DNA of 64,000 nucleotides from a virus, in IMG/VR virus record IMGVR_UViG_3300006752_000018, positions 28,388-92,387 of that record; one strand, given 5' to 3'. Positions 10,850 to 19,800 of the stretch are shown piece after piece. A model generated the notes under the pieces. The model searched no databases. It was given only the letters and a program-made list of their open reading frames with translations, and was not told the origin of the DNA. Numbering within the stretch: the first letter of the stretch is position 1; the number at the start of each line of letters is the position of its first letter. Position numbers and translations under genes: made by a program.

Positions 10850-11773
10850 ATGGCCCAAATAAACTTTCCAAATAGTCCAACAGATGGACAGGAATTTATT
10901 GCATCTAATACCTTATATACATATGTATTAGCAAAAAACCTGTGGAAAGCAACATCTCTAGGTGGCGGAAGTGGAGGCGGTAGCGGCTCAACTTCATTTG
11001 TTACTTTAACTGATGTAGGACTTACTGATTTATCAGCAGGTGATTTGATATTTTATGACGGAACATTTTTTGCTAACACAGATTTAAAATATAGACAAAT
11101 TGCATTTTCTGCTGCAAGTGCATACACATTATCAACACAAAGTGCTAATTATAAAGTTGCTGAAGATCCAAATAATGGTAACAATCCTATGCTTTCAGCA
11201 TTCGCTGGAACTATTATGAGGTTAGATTTAGACACAACTGGTGACGCAGTTCGTATACAAGATTATAATGGTAATGATTATAATGATGGTTTAGTACATG
11301 TTTCTGATGATGGAACGCAGGCAGTCGGAATATCAGCACAAGGTAAGACCAGCGGTTCTTTGTATTGGAAGATTCCAGTTGATGCGGCAGGAACATATGT
11401 ATATCAAAGTGAAGTTAGATCTAATATGAAAGGTTACATTAAAGTTAAAGGAGCTGGTAATGAACCTGCACTTAATTTAGGATCTTTAGGAGGATCACTT
11501 GAATTAGACCTAGCAGCATCTAACGTATTTAATTTGGATTTGAACAGTAATGTTACAAATTTAACTTTAAGTAATGCTGCGTCCGCAGGTTCTACAATTA
11601 CATTAGTTATAACAAACAGTGGTACATATGACATAACATGGCCTGGGCAAATAATTTGGTCGCAAGGATCACCTCCGACATTAACAACAAGTGGTAAAGA
11701 TATCATTACATTATTATCTGTTGATGGCGGCACAGTTTTTTATGGATTTGTCGCTGGACAGAATTTTAGTTAG
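10850..11773 (+). CDS. Tail fibre-associated protein
   Basis: MAQINFPNSPTDG N-terminus; degenerate cupredoxin-like middle; C-terminal ITWP..I.W..G.PPTLT...DII domain common in phage fibres; GGAG SD. Confidence 0.65.
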   Translation: MAQINFPNSPTDGQEFIASNTLYTYVLAKNLWKATSLGGGSGGGSGSTSFVTLTDVGLTDLSAGDLIFYDGTFFANTDLKYRQIAFSAASAYTLSTQSANYKVAEDPNNGNNPMLSAFAGTIMRLDLDTTGDAVRIQDYNGNDYNDGLVHVSDDGTQAVGISAQGKTSGSLYWKIPVDAAGTYVYQSEVRSNMKGYIKVKGAGNEPALNLGSLGGSLELDLAASNVFNLDLNSNVTNLTLSNAASAGSTITLVITNSGTYDITWPGQIIWSQGSPPTLTTSGKDIITLLSVDGGTVFYGFVAGQNFS

Positions 11774-11781
11774 GAAAAAAT

Positions 11782-14700
11782 ATGTCTGATATAGGTATAG
11801 TTGGCATCCTTTCTGCAAGCGGAACATCGGGTTCTATTGAATTTGAAACTCAATTATCAGAAATTATAGTACCTAATAATTCTATAGTAAGAGTAGGAAT
11901 TATATCAAATAGGAAATCAGTAACTTATACTATTGAACAAGATACGGCATCTAATTTAGTAAATGTTCCTGCATTTACTTTTGAAGATTACGGCACAACT
12001 GAATCTGGAGACAATTTAACTGTCTTAAAAATCGAAACAGATGATGATTACCAAAATACTGTATACAAATTAAAAGCTACTGTTAATGCAGATGTGTATG
12101 CTTATAGCAGACGATTTGAAATTCGTAGCTCGCCTGTAGGAGCAGCAACATATAACAAGACAGTTAGTATTGACCAACCGAGTGCAACACTTGTTGTATT
12201 AGATAATGCTGCACAATCCTTTAATATTCCTATATTAAGGACATTTGAAGTAAACAACTTACAACCTCAAGGACAGGTTGCATACACTTCTCCCGGTACG
12301 TATACATGGGATGTACCAAGTGGTGTAACTGAAATTAGTATGGTAGCTATCGGAGGAGGAGGAGCTGGCGGCGGCGCCTACGGAACTCAATTAGGGGCGT
12401 TTTGGGGTAAAGGCGGCGCAGGTGCAGGCCTTGCTTGGGGAACAGCATCAGTAACTTCTGGAGACAGTATAAAAATAGAAGTAGGAGAAGGAGGAGTAGG
12501 ACAAACAGGAGATGCAGGGTTATCCGGACAAACTAGTAGAATATGCCATATGGGAAATAATTGTCAATTTATGGCAGCATGTGGTGGCGGTGGCGGTGGG
12601 ATTTCAGGTTTGAATAACTATGAACCTTTATCTACAGGCGGTCAATACGTTGTAGATAGTGCATTATCTAGTAGCGGCGGCGGCAACGGAGGATCCGGTG
12701 GAGGGACTGAGCGATCAACTGATTCAGATGGTGCTATACTTGAAGGCTGGCCAGGCGGTGGCGGTGGCACAGCAGGCTACAGTGGCAATGGCGGGTCCGG
12801 TGGACCAAGAAGTGGCATTGCGCCTTACGGACTCGATGGATCCGGTGGCGGTGGTGCAGGTGGATACAGACAATGCGGCGGTGGCACAGGACTTTGGCAA
12901 GTTTGCCAACAAAGTATAGGTGGAAATAATGTAAACGGATATAAAGGTTCAAACGGATCAACAGGTGCATTAGTATATAAAAAATACGGCGCAAACACTT
13001 CTCCTAGCACTGGTTGGTTTGGACACGGTGCTTCAGGGTATGAATGGCCAGGAACTGATGCTGATAAATGTTTTCCAGGACCAAGTGGAGGCGACGGAGC
13101 AGTTAGAATAGTTTGGGGAGGTGGTAGAGAATATGAAGGACAAACAATTCAAACTCCTCAGCATAACGACGATGTATACGAAGTTGAAGATGGAACAACA
13201 TTAAATTTTAACGAAGACACTCCTATTATATCTTATAAACTTACAGGCACAATTCCTAATACTGTTGATACTGATGCAATTAATGTTGATAGAGAATTGC
13301 AATTTGAATCAGGATCTAATGTACAAAATATTGTTATTCCGGTCTTAGATGATGCAATTAGTGATACTGCTGGTTCTAATACAGGAACTTTCACATTTAA
13401 TTTAACTGCGTCAACAGATGAATATACAGTTTCAACCAATACAGCAACCTTAGGTATACAGACTAATCCTAACCCCCCTGTAAGAGAAATAGGATGGCTA
13501 TCTCCAACATATAATATTGACGAAGGAGAAACTATATCTGTTAAATTACTACGTACTTCTATAAGAAATGGCACATCTGACTTAGGGTTACCTATTACTG
13601 TATTTTGGAGTATTAGGGGAGAAAATGTAGGTGACGATCCAGATGACAGATGGAACACAACTTCAGGATCTACAATTATACCCGCAGGCGAAACCGAAGC
13701 GGCAATTAACCTTAGTATAGCTCCTAATAATACTGAAGCACCTAGTAGTACAAATATAATAGAAATTAACTCTGTTTCAGATGCAAGATATACTGTTACT
13801 GGTAATTCACTAATTACAATAAACAATTTGTATAAACTTGTAAGAATTGCTAGTAGTGCGATTTTTACAGAGGGCGAAACAGGTAGCGTTACATTATCTA
13901 GAGTATATAAAAGAAACGGTGCAGATGCTACACCAGACGATACTACTGTAATATCTTGGGGTTTTGGTACAGCATTAAACGACAGCAGAGTAACTTTAAC
14001 AAGTGGCACTGTAAGTATTGCAGGAACTGCATTAACTAACGATATAAATATTCCTGTTTCATCTACAGCAGGATTACAAACTTCTACATTTAACACAATT
14101 AGAATTTTAAATGCTACAAGCAATTATATAATCGATGATGCTAATAATACAAGCACAATAAGAATTAATGATACTATAGATGAAGTGAAAACAATATCAA
14201 TATCAACGCCTAATGTTTCTGTCGATGAAGGAAACACATTTACTGTAATACTACAGCGAGAACACTTAGTCGATGGAGTTAGTTCCTTATCAGACAGACC
14301 TACTATTGCTTGGACATTAACAAATGCTGATTCGAGATTTGTTGGTACTAGTGGAGTATCTGCTTGGCAATCTGATGAAACTGATTTATCTATTTCAATT
14401 CCTACTGAATTGTCAGAAATTTATATAGGTGATGCAACGGCTACATTTACTATATATAATCCTAGCTTGTTATATGAAATAGAAGGTAATGATAGTATAA
14501 CACTAACATTAATTGAAAACGATACTGCACCTACTATCGATGTAACATTTGATAATACGATTGTAAGAGGCGGCCAATCTATAATTGGAACAGTTTCTAC
14601 ACAAAGTGTATTAGATGGTAGTGCATATAAGTATTATATAAATCATAATTCTACTAACAATTTTGATTTTACAAGCGATACTTCTTCTCCAATATCATTT

Positions 14701-16473
14701 AATATTGTTAATACTTTAACAGATTATTATACATTTACTGGAAATGGACTTTCAAGTTTTAATAACCCTAATTTAACATTAATAAGAGGACGTACATATA
14801 GATTTAGTGTCAATGCTCCTGGACATCCTTTTTATATTAAGACTGATGCTGTTGCAGGTAACGTAAATTTATACCCTACTGGGGTAACCGGTCAAGGTGT
14901 TACATCAGGTGTTTGTGAATTTACCGTTCCATTAAATGCTCCTAATAGATTATATTATCAATGTAGTGCGCACTTAGATATGGGCGGACAATTAAATATG
15001 GTGGATGAATCAATTCGCACAGAACCATTTTATATTCAAGAAAATTCTGGATCATTTACTATTGTGACTACAGCAGATTCTGAAACAATAGAAAATAAAT
15101 TTAGTATAAGTATCCTAGATGGACTAGGTAATACAGTTCATACAACAGACGAATTAACTATTAAACCTACTGTTGAATTTAGAATACCCACTTTAGTATA
15201 CGACGAAGGTACAGTCGTTACTGCTAATATAGATTGTGCTTCACAGGGCACCCATTCATATGCAGTGTCGGGTACAAATATAGATTCAGGAGACTTTATT
15301 ACAGCTATTTCAGGTACATTTACTCCTCAAGTAAATGCTACATATTACGGATTTAGTTCGGCTTTGCAATTTCCTATATCAAACGATAATATTTCTGAAA
15401 GTGTGGAAAGTTTTACAATTACAATAACTGATCCAGACGGAAATGTGTTTGACTCAAATAGCATTACAATAAACGATACTAGTGAAACCCCGTCAACAGG
15501 TACAAAGTCATTTACATCAAGTCAAGAATGGGTAGTACCCGGCGGTGTTAGTAGTATTAGCGCAGTAGTAATCGGAGGCGGTGGTGGCGGATCCGGACAT
15601 ATGGTTTCAGGCACTAATCCTTATCCTCAAACACAGGGTTCAGTAGATATTACTAACACAGGTTCCGGTGGTGGAGGTGGCGGAGGTGCAGTTGCTTGGG
15701 CAGAGAGTATTCCAGTAACAGCAGGTGAAACTATATCAATCACTGTAGGAGCGGGTGGCAGCGCAGGTACAGCAATTCAAGAAAATGGCGGCAACGGAGG
15801 TGAAAGTAATATTAGACGGAGTACTACAAAACTTTTAGCAGCCGGTGGCGGCGGCGGTGGTAAGCAAACATGGGCAACATTTACACCCTTCGCCAATAGC
15901 ACTGGAGGTAATACAGATAACGGCGGAGCAGGAGGAAGTAACAGAGTTTACGATGCTACGGTAATTGCTTCTGGTAACACTGGCGGCGGTGACGGCGGAA
16001 TCGGAGGTCATACTGACGGGCAACGTGGCGGTGGTGGCGGTGGTGCTGGAGGTTATCAAGGATCTGGTGGATCTGGCGCAGGTAGAGTAACTTCTAATCC
16101 AGGAAACGGTTCAGGTGGAGGCGGTGGCGGAGCTCACGAATCTGCTAACTTTTATTACACTTCATATGGCCAAGGCTATTATGATCCTACAACCGGCGGC
16201 GGAGGCGGCGGAGTAGGAGTTAACGGTGTAGGTGTTAGTGGTAATGCTGGTTCACAAGGTGCATCTAGTTCATATACTTCTGACAAAAATGGATCAGGAG
16301 GGTCAGGCGGCGCCGATGGTTCTGGAACTGGTGGGGAGTTTGGCGGCGGCGGTGGCGGTTCGTCAGGAGGCAATAGTACAGGTATACCTAATGACATAGG
16401 GGCAGCCGGTAGTAGAGGAGTAGTACGTGTTATTTGGGGTGCAGGGTATTCTTATCCAAATAATGCTATCTGA
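11782..16473 (+). CDS. Large adhesin-like virion protein: two Gly-rich domains, Calx-beta-like (xEG) domains, cupredoxin-like domain
   Basis: PGTYTWDVPSGV...AVRIVWG and EWVVPGGV...VVRVIWG modules; IDEG/FTEG/VDEG/YDEG repeats; GHPFY...YYQCSAHLDMGG. Confidence 0.7.
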   Translation: MSDIGIVGILSASGTSGSIEFETQLSEIIVPNNSIVRVGIISNRKSVTYTIEQDTASNLVNVPAFTFEDYGTTESGDNLTVLKIETDDDYQNTVYKLKATVNADVYAYSRRFEIRSSPVGAATYNKTVSIDQPSATLVVLDNAAQSFNIPILRTFEVNNLQPQGQVAYTSPGTYTWDVPSGVTEISMVAIGGGGAGGGAYGTQLGAFWGKGGAGAGLAWGTASVTSGDSIKIEVGEGGVGQTGDAGLSGQTSRICHMGNNCQFMAACGGGGGGISGLNNYEPLSTGGQYVVDSALSSSGGGNGGSGGGTERSTDSDGAILEGWPGGGGGTAGYSGNGGSGGPRSGIAPYGLDGSGGGGAGGYRQCGGGTGLWQVCQQSIGGNNVNGYKGSNGSTGALVYKKYGANTSPSTGWFGHGASGYEWPGTDADKCFPGPSGGDGAVRIVWGGGREYEGQTIQTPQHNDDVYEVEDGTTLNFNEDTPIISYKLTGTIPNTVDTDAINVDRELQFESGSNVQNIVIPVLDDAISDTAGSNTGTFTFNLTASTDEYTVSTNTATLGIQTNPNPPVREIGWLSPTYNIDEGETISVKLLRTSIRNGTSDLGLPITVFWSIRGENVGDDPDDRWNTTSGSTIIPAGETEAAINLSIAPNNTEAPSSTNIIEINSVSDARYTVTGNSLITINNLYKLVRIASSAIFTEGETGSVTLSRVYKRNGADATPDDTTVISWGFGTALNDSRVTLTSGTVSIAGTALTNDINIPVSSTAGLQTSTFNTIRILNATSNYIIDDANNTSTIRINDTIDEVKTISISTPNVSVDEGNTFTVILQREHLVDGVSSLSDRPTIAWTLTNADSRFVGTSGVSAWQSDETDLSISIPTELSEIYIGDATATFTIYNPSLLYEIEGNDSITLTLIENDTAPTIDVTFDNTIVRGGQSIIGTVSTQSVLDGSAYKYYINHNSTNNFDFTSDTSSPISFNIVNTLTDYYTFTGNGLSSFNNPNLTLIRGRTYRFSVNAPGHPFYIKTDAVAGNVNLYPTGVTGQGVTSGVCEFTVPLNAPNRLYYQCSAHLDMGGQLNMVDESIRTEPFYIQENSGSFTIVTTADSETIENKFSISILDGLGNTVHTTDELTIKPTVEFRIPTLVYDEGTVVTANIDCASQGTHSYAVSGTNIDSGDFITAISGTFTPQVNATYYGFSSALQFPISNDNISESVESFTITITDPDGNVFDSNSITINDTSETPSTGTKSFTSSQEWVVPGGVSSISAVVIGGGGGGSGHMVSGTNPYPQTQGSVDITNTGSGGGGGGGAVAWAESIPVTAGETISITVGAGGSAGTAIQENGGNGGESNIRRSTTKLLAAGGGGGGKQTWATFTPFANSTGGNTDNGGAGGSNRVYDATVIASGNTGGGDGGIGGHTDGQRGGGGGGAGGYQGSGGSGAGRVTSNPGNGSGGGGGGAHESANFYYTSYGQGYYDPTTGGGGGGVGVNGVGVSGNAGSQGASSSYTSDKNGSGGSGGADGSGTGGEFGGGGGGSSGGNSTGIPNDIGAAGSRGVVRVIWGAGYSYPNNAI

Positions 16474-16479
16474 TAAATA
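16472..16479 (+). promoter_or_regulatory. Late promoter GATAAATA
   Basis: Overlaps the TGA of the upstream gene; same octamer at 22025, 26672, 33832, 47563, 52366, 53095, 56201, 59079. Confidence 0.7.
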
Positions 16480-16496
16480 CAATATAGGAGATTGAC

Positions 16497-16862
16497 ATGG
16501 CTGATTTTTATGTAGGTAATGATGCAGGAATGCTTGCAGATTCCTTAGGAGGTGCAAGATACTTCTATGGTTTAAGAAGAGATCCAGATGGATATTTATA
16601 TTTTGCAAAAGTTGACCAACTGAATGTTACAGATGGAATTCAAATAAACAACGTTGGTGATGACCCTAGTCAAGATTATCCAGGATTTACTCCAGGACAA
16701 GACTTTTTTGAAGGTAGAGATACATATCATAACCTTGTATATAGAAACTTAAACTACGAACAATTCCGTTGGGATGATAGAAATGTTTATTATTATATTA
16801 ACGACGACGGAGAATTTGTTGTAAGAATTAACCAAGGTTACACTTACTCAGACGATGTATAA
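16497..16862 (+). CDS. Hypothetical virion protein, paralog of 3537-4043
   Basis: Late motif and GGAG SD upstream; clear similarity to the 3537 ORF. Confidence 0.7.
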   Translation: MADFYVGNDAGMLADSLGGARYFYGLRRDPDGYLYFAKVDQLNVTDGIQINNVGDDPSQDYPGFTPGQDFFEGRDTYHNLVYRNLNYEQFRWDDRNVYYYINDDGEFVVRINQGYTYSDDV

Positions 16863-16874
16863 TTAGGAAAGAAA

Positions 16875-19800
16875 ATGGCAGAATTTAATATATCACGATT
16901 TAAATACGTTTGGAAAGGTCCGTGGGCTAACGGTACTTCATTTAGTCAAGATGATATTGCAGTCGTAGGTGGTAAAATTTATGTATGTCTCATAGGGCAT
17001 ATATCTTCGCTTTCTTCATTCGACGATGATCTAAACGCACTCGACCAGTATGGCAATCCAGAACCAAGATGGGTGTTAATGGCAGAAGGTCAACGCTGGA
17101 GAGGAAATTGGGCTGCTAGTACAAAGTATGAAACAAGTGAACTTATTAAATATGGCGCTACAATTTATAGCTGTATTGCAGGACATACAAGTGCAGCTTT
17201 AACAACAGATGGAGTTGCAGCAGACATTGAAAAGTGGACATTCATTGCTAAAACTTCTGATTGGAGAGCAAGTTGGACTGTATCTCGCAGCTATTTTGTA
17301 GGCGATGTGGTTACATATAATGGTGCTATATATCAGTGTATACAAGAACACACTTCAAGGTCAACTACCGAAGGATTAGAATCTGATCAAGAAAAATGGC
17401 TGTTAATTAATTCTTCTGATAATTATAGATTTACATGGGGCACTGGAAATAGATATGTACTAGGAGATGTTATAACATATGGTGGTAGAATATACCGCTG
17501 TACTACAGGACATACATCTAATGCTAACGAATTGTTAGGCTTGCCTATTGATTCTAGCAACTGGGAAATTGTATTAGACAGTACACGTTACAGAGGTAAT
17601 TATGCAAATGACACAGTATATCTACCTAATGATATTATAAAATGGAATAACAGTTTATTCATTACACAGGCAGTTGTAAGTAATTCAACATTTACACCAG
17701 GTAACTGGACACTTTATATTCCTGGAACAGGGTACGAAGCAGCGTATGATAAAACATTATCATATCAAATAGGAGATATGGTTTTATACGGAGGTTATAC
17801 TTATAGAAGTATTAGTAACTTAAATGTTGGAAATATTCCTTCTACTACTAGTGCGCAATGGACATTAGTGTCAACAAGTTACAACTTTAGAGGACAATGG
17901 ACTGCTGATACTTTATATAAAACCGGTGATGTAGCACGAGATGGCGGCGACTTATATGTTGCAACACAAGATACATCATCTTATCCGATTGAAGAACCAA
18001 CGACTATTACATACGAAGTTACAGTTAAAGAAGTAAACAGTGCAAACAGATATCATGTCAATGACATTCTTACTCCTAATTTATTTTTAGTAACAGGTAA
18101 CACATATATAATTGACCAGACAGATGTTACAAACAATACACATCCAATGTACTTTAGCACTATTGCTAACGGGCATCATGTTGACGGTTCTTATAATTAC
18201 CTTGCAGGACCTGTATATTTACTGGACGATATTGAAACTACACCTGAATTATATATAAGCGGCTTTAGTGCTGCTAATTCTAGAAAAATAAGAATTGAAC
18301 CGGAATTTAATTGGGGAGAATTTTATCCTGTATGTGCAAATCATAGCGGCATGTACAACTTTTCATCAATAACACCTACTAATGATAGCACAAGTTGGGA
18401 TAGAATAGTTAGAGGACAAGCATGGAAAGGTCCTTGGAATTCTACAAATAGATATGCACTAGGTGATGTATCAACCTATGCAGGAACAGCATATACTTGT
18501 GTACAAGCTCACAGAGGCGACGACAGTAGTTTAGTACGACCGGATATAGATGCTGACAACAGTTATTGGGAAGTGCTTATTTTAGGTAGTGCTACTAACG
18601 TTCTTATTAATGTAGGTGATATAAAATATAGAAGAGACACTGATGATTTAGCATTTCCTATCGGCACTGCTGGTAATACTCTAAAGGTCGATAATACAGC
18701 CCCGTCATTACCACCTATTGAATGGTCTGCATTCCAGGCTACACCTAAAGTTTACTATGTTAGTTTACTCGGAGCAGATACAATACAAAATGGTTCCGAA
18801 GGAGCACCATTTAGGACAATTAAATATGCATGTGAGTATATAGCAGCTGATGCTCCAGCTAGATCTCCTGCAACTCTTTTCCTCAAGACCGGAACATTTG
18901 AAGAAGAATTACCCATTGTTGTTCCAAGAGATGTTGCAATTGTAGGAGACGAATTACGAAGTGTAGCAATTAAACCAGCTACTGGATTTGAAACTGCAAA
19001 TATGTTTTATATGTCTAATGGCAGCGGGTTACGTAATTGCACCTTACAAGGGTTAAACGGGACACTAGGAGATCTAAACGAATACTTAACAAGAAGACCA
19101 ACCGCAGGTTCGTATGTAAGTTTAAATCCTGGAACAGGTCCAAACGACCAAACTGCTTGGATTGATAGTAAATCTCCTTATGTGCAAAATGTTTCAGCAT
19201 TTGGTACAGGATGTACTGGAATGAAAATTGACGGAGCTCTGCACAACGGAGGCTATAGATCAATGGTTGCAAACGATTTTACACAAATCTTAAGTGACGG
19301 CATTGGTTACTGGGCAAGCGGTGAAGGCAGATCAGAACTTGTTAGTGTGTTTACCTATTATTGTCATATAGGATATCTTGCAACAGGTGGCGGTAAATTA
19401 CGTGCTACAAATGGTAACAATTCGTATGGTCAATTTGGATCAGTAGCAGAAGGTGTAAATGATGAAGAATTGCCTATCACTGCTACATTAAATAACAGAG
19501 CTAAAGAAGCACAAGCATCTGAAGTTTACTCAGACGAAAATGGAAAAATTATCGGCCTATCCTATAGTCATGCTGGTCAAGATTACACATCAGCACAATA
19601 TATAATTACAGGTTCGGGCGTAGCAGGTAACTTAGAAGCACAGCATACTAGATATAAAGGTGTTTCAGAAATTAGAATTAAAGAACCAGAAGATTCTAGT
19701 AACATAGGCGGCGCTGATTATAGAAGAATAGAAAACAACGCTCAAATTGGTGGCTTAACTAGTATTACGTTATCAGCTTCAGAAATTATAGATGATAATA

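Noticed and set aside
13233-14123. Long antisense ORFs (e.g. 296 aa here, 25902-26525, 49964-50551)
   Set aside because: They are shadows of Thr/Ser/Gly-rich genes with biased codon usage, with no SD or promoter and no recognisable motifs.
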